DNA of 51,811 nt, filler included, from Jimgerdemannia flammicorona (taxonomy: Eukaryota), in the NCBI GenBank assembly GCA_003990765.1. It is 2 parts of 2 records of this genome, joined end to end, with 100 filler letters (N's around TTAATTAATTAA, not from the genome) between each part and the next. Parts side by side here need not be neighbours in the genome. Positions count along the whole stretch, not along the records: positions 1 to 25,860 come from RBNJ01000782.1; positions 25,961 to 51,811 come from RBNJ01000783.1. One strand, given 5' to 3'. This document shows, piece by piece, positions 19,725-30,512 of this stretch. Made by a program: the position numbers and the translations under genes. The number at the start of each line of letters is the position of its first letter. The stretch's first letter is position 1. Below the pieces are notes generated by a model. It was given only the letters and a program-made list of their open reading frames with translations, was not told where the DNA came from and did no database searches.

Positions 19725-22700
19725 TTTATCATCAGTATCTTTCTCCAGTATAATTCACATTACACCAACTTCAAGCAATGGTTTTTGATACAACTTAGAG
19801 AAAAGGTACTATAAAAATATCATCAAGTAAGAGTTCTGACAGATATGCTGGATTGGGTGGACCTGAGGCATTTGGCTGGCAGAATGTGGGAAGAGGTTAT
19901 AGACTAGGGATGGGGGCCTTTGGAGGGTCAAAGGGTGGTAATAGCTCTGGAGCAGGACAGGTGTCAGGTGGAAATAGGGGATAGCCTGGCCCCCCAAGCT
20001 TTGTGGACAAGGTAAAGAAGAGTGAATGGTCAGCAGAAGCTAGGGCTGGTACTGCTGAGGGAAAGGGCAAGGTGAGCTTTGAGAGAGAGAGAGGTATTCA
20101 GACTAGAGTTGTGAGCATAGGGGCTGAAGGTGCTGTGGCTGGGGAAGAGACTGCTGATGGGAGTATGATGAAGAATCAGGAAAAAAAGAAGATGTAACAG
20201 CTGATGATAGAGTGGGGTAGGGGTTCCTGAAGCAGAAGGAGGACCTGGCTGATGATGTGATGGGGCTGATAGTGGTGCTGTTACTCAAGAAGTTGATCTT
20301 GGAGTTTGTAGTGACTCTGTACTTCTAGGGCTTAGTGGTGATAGCAAGAATAGTCCTGAGAATTATCTCAAAGCAGGTGGCTGAGGCTGCCTCAGTGAAG
20401 TTCCTGAAGGGCCTGGAGGGGATTGAGGTGAGCTTTGAAGAGGTAGGTCCACTGGATGAAGTATTGAAGACTGAAGTGGAAGTAGGTAAGATGATGGTCT
20501 CCATGGTACAGTGTTTGAGGTGGGACCCCAGAGTGGTCCAGTTGCTAGTAAAGGGGGTATCTACAGTGATGACAGCAGAGACTAGAAGGAGGGTAGAAGA
20601 GGTGATGGCAGAGTATGGAGATGTGGTCAATATTGGGTTCCAGATATAGAAGGGAACTACTTTCAGGACTGGAGATATTGATGTCAGGATTAGGCTAGCT
20701 GAGAGGGAGACCACAGGGAAGATGAGTGACTGGCTATCAGTGATGATGTGAAGAGCCTTCATTTGTAAGATATCAAGGGTAAAAGGGAGTGAGAAGGAGG
20801 AGGAGGATCTGTTGAAAGCTCTAGAGGAGATGAGTGGCACTGTGGAGTAGAGAATAAAGGCTTGGAGGATGTATGTAGAGTCAATGCATTTGGAGATTGT
20901 AGAGGAAAGACATATCCACACTGACAAGAGATAGTGGGAGAGGGCCCAGGGGCACAAGAGATAGTAAGAGCTGTTGGCTAGTATGAAAGAAGGAGCAAAG
21001 AAGAAGGTGGATGAGACTGAGGAGTCTGGGGGCACTGAAGCTAGTGTCTGGGCTAGTAAAGAAGGAGGGGATGTAGAGGAGGGCCTAGAGGGGGCTGGGA
21101 AGATGCCAAGCAAGAACCCCTATATAGATGGTATATTTGAAGTCTGGGAGGAGGATTTGGATGATACTCCCTCTCTTGTCAGGAGGGGCCCAGCTGTAAA
21201 GAGAAGGGCAGCAGAAGATGTGCTGATGCAGGGTGCCCAGTGAGTACACTTTGGAGTCCCTGATGTGATAAAAGGGGGACAGGTGGTGGTAGTTGGTGAG
21301 GACAAGCTGGTGGATATCCCAGAGAAAGAGTAGGATAAGTCTGCAAGTACTGAGGCTAATACCACAATACTGAATGCTGGAAGACCAGTGATGCCAGAAG
21401 GGAAAGAGGTGGGGAACCTACTGTGGATACACCAAATAATAAATGACTTAGTGGTTGAGGAGCTGAGAGAAGTAGACCTGAGTGTAATGAGCAAGAAGTA
21501 TTGAGTACAGATTCTATATAGTGATGAAGTAGTAGTAGCTCTGAAGGGGGAGGTGCTTGTAATTCTTCTGGAGGAAGAGGGGTATGAGGTTGACAAGGAA
21601 AGGGAGGCAGAGCTGACTGTTGTTGCCAGTGAGCAGGCTGCTTACTGTTGGGTGGAGCATCATAGTCTGAAACTCTGGCAGGAGATCTGCCTGGAATATC
21701 ATAAGAAATTTGAGGAGAAGGAGAATAGGGCAATAGCTGAACTCCTAGTGGGATTAGAGGTAAAGGAGACTGAAGAGGAGGAATTGACTGCAGAATATAT
21801 CTTAGACTTGATATAGGAGGAGATAAATGTGGATTTGTAGAGGATGTACTAGATCTTACTTCTAAATATTATTCTCAATAAACAGTACAACTAACATTTT
21901 TTCTCTGAATATGAATGGATTAAGAGGCTCTGGGCAGTGAAAGAACATTTTTACTTAGCTTAAGAGATTAGAGGCTAATCTCTTTTTGCTGCAGGATATA
22001 TATTATGAGGATGAGGAGGATCAAATAGAGTAGACTAGAGAATGGGGAAGGGCTAGTGCTCCCAAATAAGTTGAATCAATTTGAATTGAATCAAATTAAG
22101 AGTCTGATTCGAACCCTAATTTTCAAAATGCAATAACTCAGTGTAAACTCATCCAAATCTAACGTACCTTAGCTTGTTAGAATCACATTAATACGGTGAA
22201 TCTAACAAGCTAAAATATGTTAAATTTGGATGAGTTTTCGTCGAGTTATTATATTTTGAAAATTAAGGTTCAAATCAAACTTCAAATTGAATTGGACCTT
22301 TGATTCGATTTGAATCAAATCAAATTGGACCCTTGATTCAATTGAATTGAATCAAGTTTGGGCCAAATTCGATTCAATTCAATTCATTGGGAGCACTAGG
22401 AGGGGCTACAGCTTAGATTGATAAGGTAGTGATTTTGGTACAAGATGGTAAAGGAGATTTAGGTGGAATCAGGAACTGGGAAGACCATTTGGTATGGGGG
22501 GAATGACATCAATCTGGGTGGGAGTCAGTGAAAGTTAGCTCTTATTACTGCCTGGCAACTAGGGGTGAGCAGATTGCATAGATTAAGGGTTTGTTAGAAG
22601 AAGGTATACTCTTGAAGGAAGGGATAGATATTCTGGGAGGGGACTTTAATATGGTGTGGAATTCTCAATTAGATTGAACTGATGGAGGGAGGAATGTGGG

Positions 22701-25700
22701 TGAGAGGAGTGGTGGCCTAGATGCATGAGAGGAGGTAGAGACTCTCAGCTCCTTAGGAGATATGGGCAGAGCATAGTGGGAAGAGAAGAAGATCTATATA
22801 TACTGAGTAAATAGACTAGGTACAAGGATTGACTGGATCCTAATGTCCAAGTGCTGGGGCCTGGATATTTGGAAGTCACTGGAGGTAGAGTGGTGCCCAT
22901 GGTCTGATCACTGGAGTCTATTAGTGCAGGGGCAGTTTGGGGGGAGTGGAGATAGGCCTGGACATTGGTGCCTTAACTCCTCTTTTCTAGTAGAGAAGGT
23001 TTTGTAGGACCCTTGGGTAGAGGACATTCAGGTGAAGATTGCTGGCTGGACATACACAGGTTTGCCAGTGGGTGTCCAATGGTTAAAGTTGAAAGAGACT
23101 GTATAGATTTACTAGAGAGAGGCTGATAGAGAGGCAGGGAAGCAGAGAAGGAAAAGAGTGTGGTGTGCTTTCAACCAGTTGGTTAGATTGTAAATAGAAT
23201 AGGCAGATTTGTTAAATTCTGGCAAGATCAATGATTGGAGATTAGTATGTATAAAATTGGAGATGATGGAGGTACAACAGATGTTATGAGAAGAGGAGAA
23301 GATGCATATAAAAGGAATGGCAGTTAGGCTGAGGTGGCAGAGACTTGAGGAGGGGGAGTGGCCTACTAGGTACTTGTCATGGCTTCTCCAGGCCAAGAGG
23401 GTGCAGCATCAATGAGATGGGGTCCTAGATACTGATGGAGAAATGGTGTATGGTATACAACAGATCTTGGGAGTGCTGAAAGAGAGGTGGAGGGGGTTGT
23501 GGAGTAGAGAGGAAGGGGGTGTAGATGAGGAGACAATTGGAGATATACTTGAGAATTGGAAACCACTACAAGTAGTAGGCCTGGGTAATTTGATCCTTTC
23601 AGTCTAAGAGGAAGAGATTCAGAGAGTCCTTGCTGCAACTAAGCTTGGGATGGTACCGGGAGAGAATGGGTTATCTTGGAACTTCTGAAAGAAGATGGCA
23701 AAGGTTCCTGAAGTTTTAGGAGAGATGGCAGCTCTCTGTGACCATGTTCTTCTTAACAGTGAGTGGGTTGGTGAACAGGATTTGGGGTTGGTGGTCTTGT
23801 TATATAAAGACAAGGAGAGGAGGAAAGACTGGAAGAATTAGAGACTGATTATGCTTCTGGATATAGACAAAAAGATAGTGACCAAGGTGATTGTAGTAAG
23901 GCTACAGAAGGTTGCCCAACAGGTGCTGGGTGAGGAGCAGCAGATCTTTGTTAGAGACTGGCTTATTCAAGATAGAACAGCCTGGGTCCATGGTATCATT
24001 GAAAGAGCATAGGCTTGTGGATTGGATGGCAGACTGGTCTTTTTGGACCAAAAGAAGGTCTATGATCACATTTGGCAGATTTTGCTGGGCAGGGTGCTGG
24101 ATAGAATTAGTGTACTGCACATTTTTAGACTTCTATATTGAGTCTATTGGAGGGCAGTAGGGTAGTACTGATATGTAATAGATACTGAGGTCTGGCATTT
24201 CCCTTATAGAGAGGAGTTCCTCAGGAAGATCCACTGTCTTCTATTCTTTATACTCTTTTATTAAAACCTTTAATGGATAGAATAAGACAGAAGGTGGTAG
24301 GGCTCTCTATGTATAGTGTAGTGTAGAAGGTGGGGGCCTTTGCAGATGATATGGTAGTTGGTCTTGACTCAGTGATAGATGTTGAGATACTTCAAGAGAC
24401 AGTAGAATAGTATGAGGTATATTCTGAGGCAAAACTCAACTGGTATAAGTATGAGACAATGGTGCTAGGGAATGGACTCATAGGTGGGGACATTATTGGA
24501 ACAATTGTCTCTATGGGAGAGGCAGTGAGATATTTGGATATCTTCCTTTCTGTATATAGTTCTGTCCTACTACAGGTGTGGTGGGAAAGAAGGGTGGCCA
24601 TTTGGGGGGAGGCACTTAGAGGTTGGAGAGGTCACTATATCTCCCTAGCTGGCCAGATATTGATTCTGAATATCTACTGATTCCCTAAGCTATAGTATGT
24701 TGTTTATTATTTAGATTTCCCAGCTTGGGTGGTAAAGAGACTGATGAAGCTGGCTAGAGATTGGATTTGAGCTGGGAGGTGGGCCCAGGTTGGTTGGGAC
24801 ACTCTGGTAATACCAGTAGTTCAGAGAGGACTTGGTCTAGTGGACCTTTCTAAGAGGCTATACTGCCTGCAAGTATGGTGGTTGAAAAGAGCTGTTGATT
24901 TAGAGGGAAGAGGCTGAGTACTACTGATGTAGAAGGTGTGGGAGATAAGATTCTCCCCACAGAGATCCTTGGGAGATTTGCTGTCTCTGGTGGGTCTGGA
25001 TGGAAGCCACTAGCTATAGTATAAGGGCTTCTGGTGGGGAGTAGTGGATGGGACACACCAAATAGGACTGCACTGGCAAAGCAATGAGGGAGAGATACTG
25101 TAGAGACCAGCTATGTGACAGTAGGACAGACTACTTCTGGAGGATATTCTGCTTGCTGAGTTTGATATTGGTGATGGGGTAGAGTGTCAGCAGAGACTTG
25201 GTCAGGATCTTTGGCCAAGTGGTTGGTAGGCAGTTAGGATTGGAGAGGAGTGAGACTGGGCAAGAGTCTGGTCATAGAGTGCTGAGGTGCAGAGGTGACT
25301 TCCTCCCAAGTTCTGGGTGGTCTGGTGGCAGATGCTGTAGAGAAATGTCATGTTGAATTTTCATGCTAGATATTTGGTGAATGGTGGTCATTATAACTGT
25401 GAGGAGTACTATAATATTGGACAAGTTGGGAGTTATGTACAGATGTCAGAACATTGGCTGAGAGAGTGTGAGGTTCTGAGGGACTTTTGAATTGCAGTAG
25501 GAGACTGGCTAGGAGTGGAAAGGAGGCCAGATGGAGAGAGAGATTGCTGGAAGGATCTGAAGACTAGATTAGTAGGTGGTGTGGACAATGAGTGGCTCAC
25601 TATAGGGTGGGTTTTAGCAGTATGGGTAGGGCTGACTGGACATTAGCTCTTTGTTTTTGAGAAGAGGTGACAGATAGGTATACAAGAGAAATTGTCAAGA

Positions 25701-25860
25701 TGGGAGAGATTGTTGGGAGATTTGCTGACTGGGTGGTAGATTGGTTGGGGTCTCCAGAGTGAGCAATGTTGTCATCTAGTAGAAGGGATATGTGAACAGA
25801 GTAGTGGACAGATGGCAATAGTGAATGATAAAGTAGTCTTTTATTACAAGATGGGGGGAG
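19725..25860 (+). mobile_element. Near full-length decayed L1/Tx1-type LINE (ORF1 about 19885-21850, ORF2 about 21880-25860), cut by the contig end
   Basis: NMNGL, LGGDFN, WSDH, GVPQEDPLS, AFADD and RYLD motifs with dense stops. Nearly CpG-free. Confidence 0.92.
22054..22398. mobile_element. hAT-like MITE (345 bp) inside LINE ORF2
   Basis: TIRs tagtgctcccaa / ttgggagcacta. 8-bp TSD ggaagggc (22046-22053) / ggaggggc (22399-22406). Subterminal ttgaat/attcaa motifs. Confidence 0.9.
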
Positions 25861-25960
25861 NNNNNNNNNNNNNNNNNNNNNNNNNNNNNNNNNNNNNNNN
25901 NNNNTTAATTAATTAANNNNNNNNNNNNNNNNNNNNNNNNNNNNNNNNNNNNNNNNNNNN
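25861..25960. other. Artificial contig linker (N44-TTAATTAATTAA-N44)
   Basis: A palindromic 12-mer with stops in all six frames between equal N runs, 100 bp in total. Confidence 0.95.
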
Positions 25961-25991
25961 AAAAAAAAAAAAAAAAAACTCCTATACTCAC

Positions 25992-26279
25992 GAGTTCGGG
26001 ACTCAACCACCAGTCTTCAATGTAAATGTGATGCTTGGCGTCCTCGATGGCCTCAGAGATGGCCCAGAAGTAGTCTTTGCCGTCAACGTACCACTTGACC
26101 TCGGAGGCTTCGCGGAGAGGGGCGAAGGAGTGGAAGCGGTGCTTCTGGGCGATAAGAGCGGCTTCGCGCGCTTCCTCGTCCACATACCCGAAGTGGTTTT
26201 CAGCGAACTCCTGCGCCTTGAACACGGTCTCCTGGGTATTGGCACTTATCTTGTTGACGATATCACCGAGGAAGGACAT
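25992..26279 (-). CDS. Phospholipase D, first exon (rest of the gene is beyond the contig end)
   Basis: HRFHSFAP...VKWYVDGKDYFWAISEAIEDAKHHIYIEDWWLSPEL is the conserved eukaryotic PLD block, followed by a GTGAGT donor. Confidence 0.92.
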
Positions 26280-27410
26280 GATAGAGGTTTTTTTTTCGTT
26301 GAACTCGTAAGAGGTGAGGGGAATGATCCATGGATTCGAGGAAAGTTTTATAGGATAAGAGGGGGCTCAGACGTATGATACCTTTTCTGGACAGGACCAC
26401 TGTCACACATGCCTTTCACAATGTCGACACGGTGGCTTGGCTGCTACATCACGTGAAATTGCTCGTCCAATCCACACGTACACGTGTATATATGATGGAA
26501 TAATAGAATTCCTCGACCGCGACGACGACTGTCTTGCCCAGTTTATAGCTTGGGCCTTGGAAGCCTGTGATAATTATGTGGATGGTGGACTGTATAGTTA
26601 GAAGGTTTGGAAGGGTAAGACAAGGTGGAACAGGACAATAAACATTTGGACCGTTTCAGTTTCGGGTCCAACCCGCCGTACAAAATTTATATGCGTCCAT
26701 TCCAAAAAAGCGGTAACATGCACTAAAATCCCCTATACCGTTCCACATAGTCAAGATACGCGGATGCGGGGGTATGTCTAAACGCTCAACCGATTTTTGT
26801 TTTGGTTAGCTCTAGTTTTGGCGTTTTCACCATTCCGATCCGCAGCTAATTGAAGTCAGCGTTTGTCCTGGGCGCCCGGAATTCGGCCACCAGCAACCTC
26901 AATGTGCCCATTATTCGCAGCCAAGTGAAGCGGCGTCCTTCTGTCTTTTTCCTGTGCCTTTATGTCTGCCTCGAACTCAGCCGCGAACCCTCAATGTGCC
27001 CCGAGGTGAAGTGGCGTCTGGCGTCCGCCCCGAACTCAGCCTCAACCCAGTGAAGCAGTGTCAATCTTGTTGGCGTGGCCAAAATTAGGTGGCTTAAATA
27101 TTACGATTTATAAAAATCGGTTTTCTGTGGCTCCACGTGACATTCGGATGCTACCCGTGTGGAAGCCTCCGTTCGTTCTAAGTCGCGAGATAGACTTCAT
27201 AAATTGCTCGTCTATCTGTCCCATTATTGCGGTGCGAAGGCCGGCATCGCCGCGCCTGCTTCCACCTCCGCTTTTGGATTGTTCTCGTGAACGCACCTTT
27301 TCGCGAAAGGCCCAAATTCCAAACATACATACGCGACGATCGGACTTGTTCGTAGATGCCTGAGTGACAACACAAGTTTCGTTCTCTTTACATCTTCCCC
27401 ACCTTGTACC

Positions 27411-28330
27411 ATGACCGGGCAACACAAACGCGACGGCGGTCCAACTTGACAACGACCTCACGTGCCTCTTCACTGACCTAACCTTTCACAACATAACCAT
27501 TGTGTGCTCCGACGGCATCGTCCAACATGCTCCAGGCCATATTCTATGGGCGCCGCCTCCACCAAGGTTGTCCTGGGCGAGGTTGATTCAGTGGCAATGT
27601 GCATCGTTCTCACCTTCATTCACAGACACCATCGGGGCTGGCACGCTTCCACCCCAGGCTGCTGTCGCATCCTACTGTGCTGCAGGATTCTTCCTCCTTC
27701 CGAAGCTCGGGGACTTGGTTGTTGCCTCGCACTGCACATCCTTTTGTTGTGTGAGCAATATCTCACACTGTCAAAGGCCAAACAGGCAAAGTGCGAGTGC
27801 GTCTTGCGGGTGAGCAGTCACGCGCCTTGCTGAAAGCTGAAGAGGCTATCGACGTCATTGCGGAGAATTCCTCTCAACTCGTCGGTTTCTATAGCCACTC
27901 ACAGTGATTGGTGACGTCGTAGAGCTACCAAAAAATTCTTCTATCCCACGGCCAGAATGTCACGATCATTCACGGCGGCGAGCGTGAGTGGGATATTGTG
28001 ATCGAATCTGTGGGTTTATACCAAACCCAGTAATAGGAGCCGCGCTGGACTGATCGGAGAGGATTCGGACATTCGGAGCAGCGCGGATATGTTCGACGAG
28101 CTGTCGTTGTATTATTTCGAATCCTTTGGTCATAACCCTTACCTCTCCCTCCGCTTCCTCCTTCAAGAATCGGTTCACCAAGCGGGGAGGATATGCTATC
28201 GATCATCAGCCCGTATTTGTCCCTTATTATGGTTTCCCAGCAACCTACATCCGGCCGCGCCGTCAACCATGTCTTCCGTACCGGGGACTTTGTCACTTTC
28301 CACTTGAACATGAAAAATTCTATTGATGAA
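27411..28330 (+). pseudogene. BTB/POZ-domain pseudogene, possibly BTB-SPRY
   Basis: Fragments in different frames: LDNDLTCLFTDLTFHNITIVCSDG, MLQAIFYG, TKVVLGEVDSVAMCIVLTFIH, YCAAGFFLLPKL, and later GDFVTFHLNM. The 3' boundary is approximate. Confidence 0.65.
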
Positions 28331-29029
28331 ACCTGCCTAACACAGTGTATCCGGTTGTAACCCTGTTCACAAACAGCAAATATCGATATCGACCTCGTTA
28401 ATGATTGGACCCCTGCATAAATCATAATACTTTTATCTGTATTGATACTGATCAGGGAACACATTTCATCCCTTTCTTATTCTCTCCTTTGGAATACCAA
28501 CGCCATTTTGTGCCTTGCAATCAACAAGACAGATTTTACGACGGGTTTTGGCTTCATGTACCAACACGAATAAAAGATCTGTGCTTTAAATAGGAGACCC
28601 ATGTAGTCGAAACGTCATGGATCAAACATAAAAGCCGCAAACTAAAGCATTTCACTTGTGAAGGACCGAAGAGGTTCACTGATTTGAGGTGAATGAGCGC
28701 ATGCGTGCTTCCGTTCGAGGGGTCCATATGTGTTTGCGGAATCGCCTGTACTTTGTTGGTCACAACGCACAGCTTTTATCAAATCCGTATTGAGGAGGGT
28801 ATTTGGCTCCCAGAACGCTAGATACGCGTTCAAGCATGAGCCGTTGCCCGATTTATTCCTGTGAGGACTATAAGCCTTATGTTCATATTGGCATAATGGC
28901 TGGAGACCGAGAGAATATCACAACCCAATGTAATTACTTTTTTTTTTCTATCAAATGTCAACTAATATTTATTTGCAGATGCGAACTTTGAAAAGGCGTG
29001 AATCCATGGTGCAACAAAAAAAAAAAAAA

Positions 29030-29691
29030 TTAATCGTCGTCTCTGAGTGGAAACATGCACGCGATGGTGTAGATTGCAACGAGAACCGGAACAAGGCCGA
29101 GAGCAAAACTGGTCCAAAGAGTGGCGACGGCGAACCCGGCTGTGTCGTAGATAGGCGGGTATTCCGTTTGGCAGGATGATGCTTCGGATCGCCAGATGGT
29201 ACCTTGGGGTGGGGTGGTGGTCGAACCATGGGAACAAAAAACAAACAAATTTCATCCGACGAGTGAGTTCCAATGTCATGAAGGAGCATCACTGCCCCAG
29301 CTGCCATAAAAAATAAAAATAAAAACCCCCTCCTAACGACAAGACAAGAGAGCGCACCTAGAATAGCCCAAGCGACTTGAAAAAAGGACAGCAATCCATT
29401 GCACCCTGTCATTGCGACAAAGAGGCCTCCATGGAGATAATCCCTTGTAAGGAACCACACAAGCACGGTGAAGAGACAGGTGTTTGTTGCTCCCAACAGC
29501 GTCACGGCCGAGGAGACGATGCCGCCGATAACAAATATGCGTAGACGATTGCCGCTTGCGCACGGCTCCACGTCCGGGAAGACGGAGAGTAGTCTGGCGC
29601 TCAGAACTATGTTGGCGATGTTGGTCGCGCTTGCTGCCGTTGTCACCAGGACTAGAGCTATGATGACAGTGAGGGTGGAACCGAGTGTCAT
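29030..29691 (-). CDS. Small multi-pass (about 4 TM) membrane protein of unknown function, spliced
   Basis: Hydrophobic helices from MTLGSTLTVIIALVLV to QVAWAIL, a GTGCGC donor near 29357, and a last exon GFAVATLWTSFALGLVPVLVAIYTIACMFPLRDDD*. Confidence 0.5.
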
Positions 29692-30512
29692 GTTGGGATC
29701 GTTGGGTCGCAGAATCGATGTGAGTTGGAGTAGAAACGCAAAAGTCGATCTTTCCATGTCCCCCCCCATCTTTATGTTGAAAATGTGACAACACGCGAGT
29801 GGGTTTACCCTTTCAGTGCCAATAGAATCCACCCACTTTGTGAGAGCTGACACTGCAAAGAACGGACAATCGTATTGTAAGATATGAAACTCAGTCTTGA
29901 AGCCTTTTTTGGTCAGGCGTTGGTGCTTCATCTTTTCGATACAATGTCGTGCAACGGGACACGAAACTTTTGCAATGCATGCTGATCTCATCAGACATAA
30001 CGAGTTACAAAGATAAGAATTCACTGACATGAACTGCCCATAATATAACTCGCGAATGTGAGTCGCTTAGGACGCCTTTATGAAAATGCACGTATATATA
30101 TACATACAGTACAAACAATCTTGGCCATACCATAAGCGCCACATGCTGTGCCTGCATTTACACAAACTTGCTGGAATTCACCCCGAAACCCACTCACAAG
30201 CGTGAGCACGCCCTTTTTTATTTACCTCGAGAGGCCTGCCGAGTGTTTTTAGTGCTAATGAATACGAGTGAAGAAAACTGAAAGGATGAGTGTTATGAAG
30301 ATGAATGGCGTGACATGTCATGTCAGTGTTTGGATGACTGTTAAGGGGACTTGCTCAGCAAATCATCGTTTTGTAAGTACATGTGATTATGTAGGTTTAT
30401 GTATATGTGTAGGTATAATGTCGTTGAGCATCCGTTTGCGCGACCCTAATCCAATATCCAACTGTCACCTTCCTACGCCCAATCCCGGCACGCAAAACCA
30501 ATTCCTTTACTA

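Noticed and set aside
26895..27050. Short imperfect repeats (cctcaatgtgccc, cgaactcagcc)
   Set aside because: Too short and irregular to assign a function.
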